Below are positions 27,477 through 37,506 of a stretch of DNA of 64,000 nt, one piece after another. The position numbers and the translations under genes are program-made. This stretch comes from Christensenellaceae bacterium. Lineage in GTDB: Bacteria; Bacillota; Clostridia; Christensenellales; Borkfalkiaceae. Position 1 is the first letter of the stretch. Each line of letters opens with the position of its first letter. The notes below the pieces were generated by a model. That model searched no databases, had not been told where the DNA came from, and saw only the letters and a program-made list of their open reading frames with translations. The stretch spans positions 41,704-105,703 of the forward strand of contig JAZOPZ010000015.1 of the NCBI GenBank assembly GCA_045655805.1, given 5' to 3'.

Positions 27477-28481
27477 ATGGAAGAAAAGATTTTAACGAAT
27501 AAAAAGAACGGTATGGCCGTTATGTTTTTAATTATCTTTGGAATTCTTGCTTGTATCGGGCTCGCTGTAGTATTAGGCGTGTTCGTACACGAAGGGTTAA
27601 TTGTAATTCCAATGGTGTGCGCTATTGCGTTGGCAGTTTGTACTGCAGGTCTTAAGGTTTTAAAACCACAAGAAGCATTAGTTTTAACGCTTTTTGGTAA
27701 GTACAAAGGCACGCTTAAGGGGGATGGTTTTTACTTTGTAAACCCTTTCTGTGTAGGTTTTAACCCTGCGTCAAAAACAAAGTTAAACCAAAGTGGCGAC
27801 GTAAGCAGTTCCGGTGGTATAATAGCAACCCTTTCTGGCGCTGACAAGGCTGGTGAAGTCGTAGTTCCAAGCAATAAAATTTCATTAAAAATTATGACGC
27901 TCAACAATAGCCGTCAAAAGATTAACGATTGTTTAGGCAATCCTATTGAAATAGGTATTGCAGTTATGTGGAGAGTTGTTGATACTGCAAAGGCTGTTTT
28001 TAACGTTGATAACTATAAGGAATATTTATCACTTCAATGCGACAGTGCTTTAAGAAATATCGTTCGTATTTATCCTTACGACGTAGCGCCTAACGTAGAT
28101 ACTACGGGTGACGGCGTTGCTGACGAAGGTAGTTTGCGTGGTTCGTCTGAAGTAGTTGCTAATAGAATTAAAGATGAAATTCAATGCCGTGTAAACGAAG
28201 CGGGTATTGAGATCGTTGAAGCGCGTATAACTCACCTTGCTTACGCACCTGAAATTGCTGCCGTTATGCTCCAACGCCAACAAGCATCTGCTATTATCGA
28301 CGCTAGAAAGATGATTGTAGACGGGGCAGTTGGTATGGTTGAAATGGCACTTGCTCGTCTTGCTGAAAACAAAACTATCGTTCTTGATGACGCTCAAAAG
28401 GCTCAAATGGTTTCTAACTTATTAGTAGTATTGTGCGGAAATAAGGACGCTCAACCAGTTGTAAATTCAGGTAACGTTTAA
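27477..28481 (+). CDS. SPFH/band-7 domain membrane protein
   Basis: Two N-terminal TM helices followed by an SPFH core (..RQQASAIIDARK..). Confidence 0.75.
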   Translation: MEEKILTNKKNGMAVMFLIIFGILACIGLAVVLGVFVHEGLIVIPMVCAIALAVCTAGLKVLKPQEALVLTLFGKYKGTLKGDGFYFVNPFCVGFNPASKTKLNQSGDVSSSGGIIATLSGADKAGEVVVPSNKISLKIMTLNNSRQKINDCLGNPIEIGIAVMWRVVDTAKAVFNVDNYKEYLSLQCDSALRNIVRIYPYDVAPNVDTTGDGVADEGSLRGSSEVVANRIKDEIQCRVNEAGIEIVEARITHLAYAPEIAAVMLQRQQASAIIDARKMIVDGAVGMVEMALARLAENKTIVLDDAQKAQMVSNLLVVLCGNKDAQPVVNSGNV

Positions 28482-28507
28482 TCAAGTAATTTAATATTTT
28501 GCAAATT

Positions 28508-28543
28508 AAAAGCACGCTATATTAAAGTATAGCGTGCTTTTTT
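28508..28543. terminator. Bidirectional intrinsic terminator between convergent genes
   Basis: AAAAGCACGCTATA-N-TATAGCGTGCTTTTTT. Confidence 0.8.
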
Positions 28544-28577
28544 ATTGAATTTGTAGGGCAGTTTAATTAAGTGCATT

Positions 28578-28796
28578 TTATTTATCGCGACCAACTAATT
28601 CGTCCAAAGTGACGCAGTATAATTCGGCAAGTTTAACGCAAAAATCAATGCTTGGTAAAATCTTACCGCTTTCCCATCTGCTTATATTTTGATGAGAGGT
28701 ATTTATCATTTTAGCGACGGTTGATTGGCTTAAACCTAATCTTTCCCTGTGTTCTTTTAGTGATTCGCCATAATTTAACGTTGATTTTGTTTCCAT
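28578..28796 (-). CDS. XRE-family HTH transcriptional regulator (72 aa)
   Basis: LKEHRERLGLSQSTVAKMINTSHQNISRWESGK is a classic Cro/CI-type HTH. Confidence 0.88.
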   Translation of the reverse strand: METKSTLNYGESLKEHRERLGLSQSTVAKMINTSHQNISRWESGKILPSIDFCVKLAELYCVTLDELVGRDK

Positions 28797-28816
28797 ACTA
28801 AAATTATAGCACTTTT

Positions 28817-28858
28817 TTGTGCAAGATGCTTGACATGCACAAATTTGTGCGATATAAT
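28817..28858 (+). promoter_or_regulatory. TTGACA-17-TATAAT promoter with embedded operator-like palindrome
   Basis: -35 at 28830-28835 and -10 at 28853-28858. The spacer is the palindrome TGCACAAATTTGTGC (28836-28850). A third half-site, TTGTGCA, lies at 28817-28823. Confidence 0.6.
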
Positions 28859-29027
28859 ATTATTGCAAACTCCGGTTGTCGCACGATAAGTTAATGATAT
28901 AAAAGGAATAACGGTGTTTTTCTGTTATTCTTTTTATTTTAAAAAATTTATTAAATATTTTATTTATGACAAAAACTGTCATATATTACGCCTTATAATA
29001 AAACTGTACTACAAGCGAGGGGCTTTT

Positions 29028-29624
29028 ATGAAGGCAAAAAAAAGAAAAAATGAATTTTCAAAAAAAGATTTTGTTAAAACGATTATTGCTGTAATAAATA
29101 GAAGTTTAAGCGATTTCGACTATACTAGAAAGCCTTACCTTAAAGAAACTAAATTAGAAGGTGACGCCTTAATGGCTTTTTACGGTAGGGGTAAATTTAC
29201 AGTTGTTGCTTACGATTACGATAAGTTTAGAAAAAGAGTGCGCAATGATGACTCTCATTTGCAATACGTTTTTGCCGTTCAATGTATGGCGCACGAGATG
29301 CGACACTATTATCAACACCGTCAAATTACGGCATTAAACCCCGTTGAAAATAAAAAAACTATTGACGAGTGGCGGGAGAATAAAATCGTAAAATCTCGTA
29401 GTAAAAACAAAGTTGACGATTACGAATATTGGTTTTCGTCAAGAGAACTTGACGCAAATTTATACGGGCACGTGTTTGCATTATACCATTTAAAAAGAGT
29501 AGTACTTGACTCTATCCGTAGCGAAGACCACTTTAACGCACTTAAAAAATATTATAAGCGTTTAGGTGGTAAACACGTTAAAAAATACTTTCCTAATAAA
29601 ATTAAAAAAATCGTAAAAAAATAA
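29028..29624 (+). CDS. Basic hypothetical protein with HExxH motif (AHEMRHYYQH), possible small metallopeptidase
   Basis: ORF track 28914..29624. The ATG at 29028 follows GCGAGGGG. Divergent from the XRE gene. Family not recognised. Confidence 0.5.
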   Translation: MKAKKRKNEFSKKDFVKTIIAVINRSLSDFDYTRKPYLKETKLEGDALMAFYGRGKFTVVAYDYDKFRKRVRNDDSHLQYVFAVQCMAHEMRHYYQHRQITALNPVENKKTIDEWRENKIVKSRSKNKVDDYEYWFSSRELDANLYGHVFALYHLKRVVLDSIRSEDHFNALKKYYKRLGGKHVKKYFPNKIKKIVKK

Positions 29625-29665
29625 ACGCTCCGTTTAGGAGCGTTTATTTATGCAAAAAATTATAA

Positions 29666-29689
29666 ATGGTCAATTTTCACGATACCGTT
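29666..29689 (-). repeat. Dispersed 24-nt repeat, copy on the minus strand (AACGGTATCGTGAAAATTGACCAT)
   Basis: 22/24 identity to copy 1. Lies just downstream of the stop of the minus-strand gene 29705..30619. Confidence 0.8.
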
Positions 29690-29704
29690 TGGCGTTAAAC
29701 AGGG

Positions 29705-30619
29705 TTAATCTAGTAGTTTTATATTTTTAACTTTGTAATTTTCAAACTCGACTTTACATCTTTTTATTATAAAGTCGTATTCATCAAAATCGCTAGGGTA
29801 TACAAGCCCCAACTCGTTAATGCCGTCTTGCATAGGGACAACCTTAATAAATTTGCCTAAATAGTCGGGAATAAGATCTGATTTTTCCTTAAGGTTTTGC
29901 GCTAGAAAAAAATCGCAGTTACCACCGATTGCTATTTCCTCTAAAAATGCGACAGATAAAACTTCTGGTGGTAAATCGTATAAGTCGGCAGGGTTTATAG
30001 GTTTTACGCTAACTGTTGAGTTGACGCCGTTAAAAAATGAGAACTCTCTTTTTACTTCGTGACGGGCGATATCGTTAACGGTTTCTATTATCGTTAGAGT
30101 GTTGTTTAGTAAAACTTCGTTGCAGTTGCCAGAATATATTTCGCTGACTTTTTCACTCGAAATATGGTAAGCCGTTGCTTTTTGTATGTCGGTAAAAAAC
30201 ACGCAAACTACGGCTGTATAACCAAAATTTTCGATATATACCTCGGCGTTTTGACTATAAAAGGGATAAGAGAAAATTTCAGCAAAATTGTTTTGAATTT
30301 CAATTGCCACCTTTAGCCCACCGTCACCGTAAACGGTTGCGCTAACGCCTTGCAGGTTTTTTTGGGCAATTAGCGTAAATGCACGGTAAATTTTGCGTTT
30401 GGTAAAACACAATGCAATATCATTAGGGTAGCGTACTGTAAAAACCTCTTTCGGTTTATAAATTTTTTCACCGTCAAAAACTACGGTAGAAGGAAGCGCA
30501 TCGTCGGGGTAAAATACCGTAACGCACTTTTTATCGTCGAATTTTAAGTTTGTTCCATTGCAAACTCTAGTTTCACCGTCAATCATAATAACGGAATGCT
30601 CGGGGGCGGAAATAATCAT
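29705..30619 (-). CDS. Hypothetical protein (304 aa)
   Basis: Long ORF with no recognisable motifs. Confidence 0.6.
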   Translation of the reverse strand: MIISAPEHSVIMIDGETRVCNGTNLKFDDKKCVTVFYPDDALPSTVVFDGEKIYKPKEVFTVRYPNDIALCFTKRKIYRAFTLIAQKNLQGVSATVYGDGGLKVAIEIQNNFAEIFSYPFYSQNAEVYIENFGYTAVVCVFFTDIQKATAYHISSEKVSEIYSGNCNEVLLNNTLTIIETVNDIARHEVKREFSFFNGVNSTVSVKPINPADLYDLPPEVLSVAFLEEIAIGGNCDFFLAQNLKEKSDLIPDYLGKFIKVVPMQDGINELGLVYPSDFDEYDFIIKRCKVEFENYKVKNIKLLD

Positions 30620-30681
30620 AATATAATATATGTATAAAATCGGTGTGTAATGTCAATAACACTATCAAAAGGAGGTTTTGT

Positions 30682-31353
30682 ATGAATAAAATTTATGGTT
30701 ACGACGATAAACTTATGATAAAACTCATTGATTTTATAAAGAATAGGCAAGGCGAAAATTTAACGACGCTTTTTAAGGAGTTTTCTATTTTAACTGGAAA
30801 GTCTGGTGGAACTATTAGAAATCTTTACTACGCCATAGCAAAAAAAGCAGAGCAGGATGACGACTTTAAGAAAACATACCTTAAAGGAACTGATTTTAAA
30901 ACTGGTAAAGTGGAAAGGTTTACCCCTGAAGGCGAAAGGGAACTATTGAAAAAGATTATGCAAGAAAGATTAAATACTCGGTCAACTCGTTCAGCCGTGT
31001 TAAAACTTTCGGGTGGGGACGGTAAAACGGCACTCCGTTATCAAAACAAATATCGTAGCGCGCTTAAAAATAACACGCCACTTTTAGAAGAATTAGCCGA
31101 TGAACTTTCATTAGAGCGTGGCGAAAAGTATCCCACTTTTTATAAGGAAAAATTTCAGCAAAGCGCTATTAACGAAGTCAAGGCAGAAATCAATTCTTTA
31201 GTGGAAAAAATAGCGCTTAAACTTCGAAAGGAGAACGAGTTTTTAAAATGTGAAAACGCTAGGCTTCAATCTGAAGTCGAACGATTAACTCTTTTAACGC
31301 AAAGTAACGGTATAAATTATCTTAAGGCAAGTACCACGGCAAAAAGTAATTGA
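30682..31353 (+). CDS. Hypothetical protein with C-terminal coiled coil; N-terminus weakly Myb/RsfA-like
   Basis: ATG preceded by AAGGAGG. The heptad-rich C-terminus (EVKAEINSLVEKIALKLRKENEFLKCENARLQSEVERL) indicates a coiled coil. The DNA-binding assignment is only a guess. Confidence 0.5.
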   Translation: MNKIYGYDDKLMIKLIDFIKNRQGENLTTLFKEFSILTGKSGGTIRNLYYAIAKKAEQDDDFKKTYLKGTDFKTGKVERFTPEGERELLKKIMQERLNTRSTRSAVLKLSGGDGKTALRYQNKYRSALKNNTPLLEELADELSLERGEKYPTFYKEKFQQSAINEVKAEINSLVEKIALKLRKENEFLKCENARLQSEVERLTLLTQSNGINYLKASTTAKSN

Positions 31354-31419
31354 TTTGACGGTCGCTGATTTATGGTTAAATGTATTGACTAATAACGAAA
31401 AATGATATACAATTTAACT

Positions 31420-32562
31420 ATGATTAAGCAAGTATATTTAGATCACGCGTCTACAACCCCACTTAGGGGTGAAGTATTAAATAAGATGATGCCTTTTATG
31501 ACGGACTGCTTTGGCAATGCCAACAGTTTGCACTTTTTTGGTAGGCAAGCAATTAGCGCTTTGGACGATTCTCGCGATACCGTTGCCCGTCTAATCGGTG
31601 CGAAACCGTCTGAAATATATTTTACTTCAGGTGGAACGGAAGGCGATAACTGGGCGATAAAAAGCACGGCGATTGCTTATAAAGATAAGGGCAATCATAT
31701 AATATCGTCGCCGTTTGAGCATCCTGCCGTTTTGTCGGCTTTAGATGAACTTTCTGCTAACGGTTATCAAGTAGACTATATAAAAGTTTCTAGCGACGGA
31801 TATATTGATTTAGAGCATTTAAAGTCGCTTGTAAAGGCTGAAACGATTATGGTTGTTTGTATGTACGCTAACAACGAAATCGGTACGATACAGCCCGTCA
31901 AAGAAGTTGCAAAAATAGCAAAGTCCGTCGGAGCGATAACTTTCGTTGACGCCGTTCAAGCAACGGGGGTAATTGATTATAAAGTCAACGATTTGGGCAT
32001 CGATATGCTTTCAATGAGCGCTCACAAGTTTTACGGTCCAAAGGGCGTTGGTGCGCTATTCGTTAGAAATGGCGTTAAACTTTTGCCGTTGCTTTCAGGC
32101 GGGCATCAAGAGCGTTCAAAAAGGGGTGGCACAAGTAACGTTGCAGGCGCAGTTGGGATTGCTGAAGCGCTTAAACTTTCGTTATCAAGCGCTAAACAAA
32201 ATTGTCAAAAGGTAAAAGAGTTAAGAGATGAATTCGTTAAAGGCATAACGAAAAATATTTCGGTAGCAAAGGTGAACGGTGGAGAAGATAAACTTCCGTC
32301 GCACGCTAACATAACCTTTAAGGGCGTTAGTGGTGACGCGCTTTTATACAATCTCGATATTAAAGGGGTGTGCGCATCAAATGGTTCGGCTTGCTCGTCG
32401 GGTAGTATCGAGCCGTCTAAAACTTTAACGGCGATAGGGCTTTTAGAAGAAGATGCTCGCTCAACCGTTAGGTTTACTTTTGGCAAAAACAACACGACAG
32501 AAGAAGTTAAATACGCAGTCGGTGTGGTCGTTGACGTTGTTAATAAGTTGCTCGAAAAATAG
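31420..32562 (+). CDS. Cysteine desulfurase, NifS/IscS family
   Basis: YLDHASTTP start, SAHKFYGPKG PLP-lysine, active-site loop SNGSACSSG. Confidence 0.9.
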   Translation: MIKQVYLDHASTTPLRGEVLNKMMPFMTDCFGNANSLHFFGRQAISALDDSRDTVARLIGAKPSEIYFTSGGTEGDNWAIKSTAIAYKDKGNHIISSPFEHPAVLSALDELSANGYQVDYIKVSSDGYIDLEHLKSLVKAETIMVVCMYANNEIGTIQPVKEVAKIAKSVGAITFVDAVQATGVIDYKVNDLGIDMLSMSAHKFYGPKGVGALFVRNGVKLLPLLSGGHQERSKRGGTSNVAGAVGIAEALKLSLSSAKQNCQKVKELRDEFVKGITKNISVAKVNGGEDKLPSHANITFKGVSGDALLYNLDIKGVCASNGSACSSGSIEPSKTLTAIGLLEEDARSTVRFTFGKNNTTEEVKYAVGVVVDVVNKLLEK

Positions 32563-32632
32563 CGTATGCTTTTAATAAAATTGCTCATACTGTAATTGCG
32601 CCGAGTTTTTTGTAGGCGTAAGGGGCGATATT

Positions 32633-32821
32633 ATGAACGAAAAATTTTGTTTTGGTCTTATAATCGGCGCTCTTGGTGGTATGCTCGTAGTGGCTAATTC
32701 CGTTAAGGCGAGAAAGGCCGTGGTCAACGGTCAAGAACAAGTTACCAAAAAGATTGAAGACTTAAGCAAGGAAGTAAAGCAAAAAACTGCAAAAACTTCT
32801 TCTAAAAAGACAGAGGCTTAA
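32633..32821 (+). CDS. YtxH-like small membrane-anchored protein
   Basis: 62 aa with an N-terminal GxxxG-type helix and a charged helical tail. Confidence 0.5.
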   Translation: MNEKFCFGLIIGALGGMLVVANSVKARKAVVNGQEQVTKKIEDLSKEVKQKTAKTSSKKTEA

Positions 32822-32932
32822 AGCCAGTTAAAGTAAATATTGACCTTTTGGGAGCGAAAATAAAAAAATCGCTCCCAACTTTATTGAAAAAACTTTTTTA
32901 ATGTGCTATACTTAAATCCGATGGAAAGATTT

Positions 32933-33343
32933 ATGTCCTTCGACCTTGGCGATAAAAGAATAGGGATTGCCGTTTCTGATCCCTTTAATACTTACGCCTT
33001 GCCTGTCGAAACTTATCACAGAAAAAACCTTAAGTCGGATATAGAATATCTGCTCGCGCTTGCAAAAACTAAAAGCGTAACAACTATCGTTTGTGGTTTG
33101 CCAGTTAATTTTGACGGTAGCCAAAGTATTCAAACGACGCGCGCGCAGTATTTTATAGACAAACTGCGTGAAAGCACTACTATCCCAGTTGTGACGGCGG
33201 ACGAGCGTTGCACTACGATTGAGGCTCACCGAACGCTTATTGAAGAAGATTATTCAAGACAAAAGCGAAAACAGTTCGTAGACGCACTCGCAGCAACCTA
33301 TATTTTAGAAGGTTTTTTGCGTGGGAGAAATCAAAACAAGTAA
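32933..33343 (+). CDS. ruvX: Holliday-junction resolvase-like / pre-16S rRNA nuclease RuvX (YqgF)
   Basis: SFDLGDKRIGIAVSD N-terminus, GLPVNFDGS and DERCTT motifs. Confidence 0.9.
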   Translation: MSFDLGDKRIGIAVSDPFNTYALPVETYHRKNLKSDIEYLLALAKTKSVTTIVCGLPVNFDGSQSIQTTRAQYFIDKLRESTTIPVVTADERCTTIEAHRTLIEEDYSRQKRKQFVDALAATYILEGFLRGRNQNK

Positions 33344-33364
33344 TTTATTTTTAAGGAGAATATT

Positions 33365-33730
33365 ATGGAAGAAAAGACCAAGGTATGCGATTGTTGTGGT
33401 GAAGAAGATTGCGACTGTGAAAATGAAGAAATCGTTGAACTCATAGCAGACGACGGTAGAAAATTAAAATTCTACTTTATCGGAACTCTTGATTATAACG
33501 GTAAAATTTACGCAGCATTTGAACCTGCTGAAGAAATTGAAGGCGTTGATACCGAAAGCGTAGTTATTTTTGAACTCGTTAACGCTGATAGTGAAGAAGA
33601 TTCTGAACTTTTACCTATCACCGACGAAAAACTTTTAGACGAAGTTTACAACGCGTTCGTTGAGGCTATGGCTGAAGACGAAGATTGCGACTGCGAAAAT
33701 GAAGATTGCCATTGTCACGACCACAACTAA
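33365..33730 (+). CDS. DUF1292-family protein with Cys/His-rich acidic N- and C-terminal tails
   Basis: The core (IVELIADDGRKLKFYFIGTLDYNGKIYAAFEP...VVIFEL) matches DUF1292 and follows ruvX as usual. Tails: CDCCGEEDCDCENEE and EDCDCENEDCHCHDHN. Confidence 0.8.
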   Translation: MEEKTKVCDCCGEEDCDCENEEIVELIADDGRKLKFYFIGTLDYNGKIYAAFEPAEEIEGVDTESVVIFELVNADSEEDSELLPITDEKLLDEVYNAFVEAMAEDEDCDCENEDCHCHDHN

Positions 33731-33779
33731 TTAAGTAAAAAAATAAAACCCCTTACCGAGTGGCAAGGGGTTTTTACTT

Positions 33780-34739
33780 TTAAATATTTTCGTTAATAAG
33801 GTCTCGTAGCGCATCAGCAACGAGTTCTTTTGCGTGTAGGTAAGAAGTCCCGTGTCCTGCGTTTTCAACTAGGAGCAAGCGTTTTTTACAAGTTGCACTT
33901 TCGTACGCTTTAACAGACATATCAGCCGGAACGAAGTCGTCTTCTTTGCCGTGAATAAATAAAATAGGGGTAGTGCAGTTCTTTACGGCGTTTATAGTGT
34001 TTGCGCCTTTAAGAGTAAATCCACCAATAATTTTACAGAATAAGCCAAGCAAAGGTATTGATAAACCACCGTTAATTTTAAACTTTGATTTCGCAACGCA
34101 ACGCAAAATATCGTAAGGGGAGGAGAATCCACAATCAGCAACGATACCTTTTACTTGTTTTGGCAGGCTTAATTCCGTGGCCATAAGTACGGTAGCGCCA
34201 CCCATCGAAAGTCCACTGTAAAAAACTTTTTCATCAGGGGAGTTTTGTAATAAGAAGTTAGTCCAAGTTATTACGTCGTAGCGTTCCTTTGCACCAAAGG
34301 TTATAAGTTTGCCTTGGCTGTCGCCGTGACTACGCATATCGACCATTAAAACGTTTAATCCAAAGTCCCGATACTCTTTTACCGCGCAGGAAAAATCTCT
34401 TACACCTCTCGACCTATATCCGTGAAAAAGTATAATAGTACCTTTGTGCTCACCCGTGCATTTATAATACTTACCGGCAAGTTTTAAACCGTCGTATGAG
34501 GTAGTGTAAACTTTTTCGAATGGTTCAGTTTCATTATACCGTATGCCTTCTTTTATGACTTCTTCAAAGCCTTTTAGTTCGTCGTTTCCAAAGAAAGTAT
34601 CACTTGCACCAGTCTTTTGTTTTCTTCTTACGAAAGCGTAAAAGAATAAGTATGTAAATACGATAAGAATTATTAAAACCATTGTAATTAATGCACATAA
34701 AATCCAAATAAACACTTTAAAAACCCCACTTTTTGTCAA
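33780..34739 (-). CDS. Membrane-anchored alpha/beta hydrolase
   Basis: N-terminal TM helix, HGYRS oxyanion region, GLSMGG nucleophile elbow, C-terminal GHG. Confidence 0.78.
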   Translation of the reverse strand: MTKSGVFKVFIWILCALITMVLIILIVFTYLFFYAFVRRKQKTGASDTFFGNDELKGFEEVIKEGIRYNETEPFEKVYTTSYDGLKLAGKYYKCTGEHKGTIILFHGYRSRGVRDFSCAVKEYRDFGLNVLMVDMRSHGDSQGKLITFGAKERYDVITWTNFLLQNSPDEKVFYSGLSMGGATVLMATELSLPKQVKGIVADCGFSSPYDILRCVAKSKFKINGGLSIPLLGLFCKIIGGFTLKGANTINAVKNCTTPILFIHGKEDDFVPADMSVKAYESATCKKRLLLVENAGHGTSYLHAKELVADALRDLINENI

Positions 34740-34819
34740 TAATTTTGTTAAGTAACATTATACGATAATTTTTACCATAGTTCAAGTGGGTATGGGAAAT
34801 TTCAAAAAAAATTTAAAAA

Positions 34820-34846
34820 TTAGCACTCTTTGCTTGACAGTGCTAA
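34820..34846. promoter_or_regulatory. CIRCE-like HrcA operator 1 (TTAGCACTC-N9-CAGTGCTAA), overlapping the -35
   Basis: 17/18 match to the TTAGCACTC-N9-GAGTGCTAA consensus. Confidence 0.75.
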
Positions 34847-34861
34847 AATTCGGTGTATAAT
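34834..34861 (+). promoter_or_regulatory. clpB promoter
   Basis: TTGACA-16 nt-TATAAT. Confidence 0.7.
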
Positions 34862-34871
34862 AGTAAGTGAA

Positions 34872-34898
34872 TTAGCACTCGACACATTAGAGTGCTAA
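34872..34898. promoter_or_regulatory. CIRCE HrcA operator 2 (perfect TTAGCACTC-N9-GAGTGCTAA)
   Basis: Exact consensus, located between the -10 and the clpB RBS. Confidence 0.9.
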
Positions 34899-34923
34899 CG
34901 GAATTTATCCACGGAGGTAGATT

Positions 34924-37506
34924 ATGAACTTTGACAAATTTACTCAAAAATCTTTGTATGCGATAGAAGACGCAAAAAAGTGCGCTCTTACTTACGGCAA
35001 CCAACAAATAACCGAGGCGCATTTATTACACGCTTTAATTAGTCAAGAAGACGGGCTTATTCCTGAAATTTTATCGGGAGAATTATCAATCGATTTAATA
35101 AGCCTTAAAGCGCAAACTGAAAAACTTATTTCAACTTTACCGAAAATTGCAAACGTAAACGGGCTTTATTTAGGTGGTAACTTAAACGAAGTGTTTTCGA
35201 TTGCTGAAGATTTGGCAAAAAATATGCAAGACGATTTTATTTCTGTCGAACATTTATTTATTGCTATTTTGCAAAAAGGTGATAGCAAGGTCGTTGATTT
35301 GCTTAAAAATTCGCAAGTAACCGAAGAAAGTTTTTTATCGGCGCTTTCAAAAGTACGTGGTGGGCAAAGAGTAAGCGACCAAAATCCTGAAGATACTTAC
35401 AACGCTCTTAAAAAATACGGCTACGATTTAGTCCAAAGGGCTAAAGATAATAAGTTAGATCCCGTTATCGGTAGGGATGGTGAAATTAGAAACGTTATCA
35501 GAATACTTTCACGCAAAACAAAAAATAATCCCGTTCTTATCGGTGAGGCAGGTGTGGGAAAAACGGCAATTGCAGAGGGCTTGGCTATTCGTATAGTAAA
35601 AGGCGACGTACCTGCGTCACTCGTGGGAAAAACTATTTTTTCTCTCGATATGGGCGCTCTCGTTGCCGGCGCTAAATATCGTGGTGAATTTGAAGAACGC
35701 TTAAAAGCCGTTTTATCTGAAGTTAAAAAGAGTGACGGCAAGATAATTTTATTTATCGACGAATTACACACTATCGTAGGGGCAGGTAAAACTGACGGTG
35801 CTATGGATGCAGGCAATATATTAAAGCCTATGCTTGCTCGTGGTGAATTGCATTGTATTGGGGCAACCACTTTAGACGAGTACCGCAAGTATATTGAAAA
35901 AGATCCTGCTTTAGAAAGGCGTTTTCAACCCGTTTTAGTTGAAGAACCTACCGTTTACGATACCGTTTCTATATTGCGGGGCTTAAAACAGCGGTATGAA
36001 GTTTTTCACGGTGTAAAAATTTCCGACGGCGCTATTTTGTCAGCGGTAAACCTTTCGGATAGATATATAACCGATAGGTTCTTGCCTGACAAAGCGATAG
36101 ACTTAATCGACGAGGCTTGCGCTATGATTCGCACCGAAATCGATAGTATGCCACAAGAGATGGATGAAATTAAGCACAAAATTATTCAATGTGAAGTAGA
36201 ACAAACTTCGTTAAAAAAGGAAACTGACGAAATTTCAAAATCACAACTTAAAAAAATAGAATCCGAACTTGAAGATTTGAAGGCAAAATACGCTGTTATG
36301 GAAGAAAAACTCACCGGCGAAAAGCAATCGCTTATTAAAGTTCGCGAACTTAAAGAGCAGTTAGATAACGCCAAGGCTGAAATGGAAAAAGCCGAGCGCG
36401 ATTACGATCTAAACCGTTGCGCCGAACTTAAATATTCGGTTATTCCGTCGCTTGAAAAACAACTTTTAGAGGTTGAAAGTTCTTCTCAAGATATCGGCGG
36501 TATGGTAAAAAGCAAAGTGACCGAAGACGATATTTCAAAAATAGTGGCTCGTAAAACGGGTATTCCCGTAGCAAAACTTATGGAGGGTGAGCGTGAAAAA
36601 TTATTGCGTTTAGAAGAAGTTTTACACGAGCGTGTGGTTGGGCAAGACGAGGCCGTTGCCCGTGTTAGTGATGCTATTTTGCGTTCTAGGGCAGGTATAG
36701 CCGACCCTGATAAGCCGATAGGTTCATTTATGTTTTTAGGGCCTACGGGCGTTGGTAAAACCGAACTAGCAAAGACTTTGGCTAAAACGCTTTTCGACGA
36801 CGAAAAAAATATCGTTAGAATAGATATGTCAGAGTATATGGAAAAATTTAGTGTTTCTCGTCTCATAGGCGCTCCTCCAGGCTACGTGGGGTTTGAAGAC
36901 GGTGGCCAACTTACCGAAGCCGTTAGGCGCAGACCGTATTCCGTTATACTTTTTGACGAAATTGAAAAGGCTCACCCCGACGTTTTCAATATTTTATTGC
37001 AAGTGCTAGACGATGGCAGAATAACTGATTCACAGGGCCGTACGGTAGATTTTAAAAACACCGTAATCATTATGACTAGCAATATCGGTGCACACGCATT
37101 ACTTGGTGGCATATCGTCAAACGGCGAAATATCTTCTAGCGCAAAAGAACAAGTTACGGCTGAACTTAAAGCCCGTTTTAGACCTGAATTTTTAAATCGT
37201 TTGGATGAAATCGTTTTCTTTAAACCGTTAACGGAAAGTGAAATCGGCAAGATTGTAGATTTGTTTTTAAACGGTGTTTCGACTAGGCTTGCCGAAAAGC
37301 AAATTACTTTAGTAGTAACAGACGGCGCTAAAAAGGTTATCGTGGACGGTGGGTATGACGCTAATTTCGGCGCTAGACCACTTAAGCGCTTTATCGAAAG
37401 AAATATCGAAAGTATGCTCGCTAAAGAAATTATTCGTTCAAATCCACCTGCAGGTAGCGTAATTACGGTGGACGGCGATGGTGAAAACCTATTTATTGCA
37501 AAATAA
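34924..37506 (+). CDS. clpB: ATP-dependent chaperone ClpB
   Basis: 860 aa with two AAA+ modules ([18 protein letters not shown]) separated by a long coiled-coil M-domain. Confidence 0.95.
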   Translation: MNFDKFTQKSLYAIEDAKKCALTYGNQQITEAHLLHALISQEDGLIPEILSGELSIDLISLKAQTEKLISTLPKIANVNGLYLGGNLNEVFSIAEDLAKNMQDDFISVEHLFIAILQKGDSKVVDLLKNSQVTEESFLSALSKVRGGQRVSDQNPEDTYNALKKYGYDLVQRAKDNKLDPVIGRDGEIRNVIRILSRKTKNNPVLIGEAGVGKTAIAEGLAIRIVKGDVPASLVGKTIFSLDMGALVAGAKYRGEFEERLKAVLSEVKKSDGKIILFIDELHTIVGAGKTDGAMDAGNILKPMLARGELHCIGATTLDEYRKYIEKDPALERRFQPVLVEEPTVYDTVSILRGLKQRYEVFHGVKISDGAILSAVNLSDRYITDRFLPDKAIDLIDEACAMIRTEIDSMPQEMDEIKHKIIQCEVEQTSLKKETDEISKSQLKKIESELEDLKAKYAVMEEKLTGEKQSLIKVRELKEQLDNAKAEMEKAERDYDLNRCAELKYSVIPSLEKQLLEVESSSQDIGGMVKSKVTEDDISKIVARKTGIPVAKLMEGEREKLLRLEEVLHERVVGQDEAVARVSDAILRSRAGIADPDKPIGSFMFLGPTGVGKTELAKTLAKTLFDDEKNIVRIDMSEYMEKFSVSRLIGAPPGYVGFEDGGQLTEAVRRRPYSVILFDEIEKAHPDVFNILLQVLDDGRITDSQGRTVDFKNTVIIMTSNIGAHALLGGISSNGEISSSAKEQVTAELKARFRPEFLNRLDEIVFFKPLTESEIGKIVDLFLNGVSTRLAEKQITLVVTDGAKKVIVDGGYDANFGARPLKRFIERNIESMLAKEIIRSNPPAGSVITVDGDGENLFIAK

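Noticed and set aside
28914-29027. N-terminal 38-codon extension of the HExxH protein ORF (GTG-type start at 28914).
   Set aside because: The extension is Phe/Tyr/Lys-rich AT-driven sequence overlapping a leader hairpin. The ATG at 29028 has a proper RBS.
35421-35888. Long antisense ORFs inside well-supported genes (for example 35421..35888 in clpB, 1338..1859 and 1890..2456 in the Na/Pi transporter gene, 25922..26266 in rplL, 45841..46278 in gdhA, 38010..38339 in rpsB).
   Set aside because: They are shadow ORFs opposite or out of frame with conserved genes. They have low-complexity translations, no RBS and no recognisable families.
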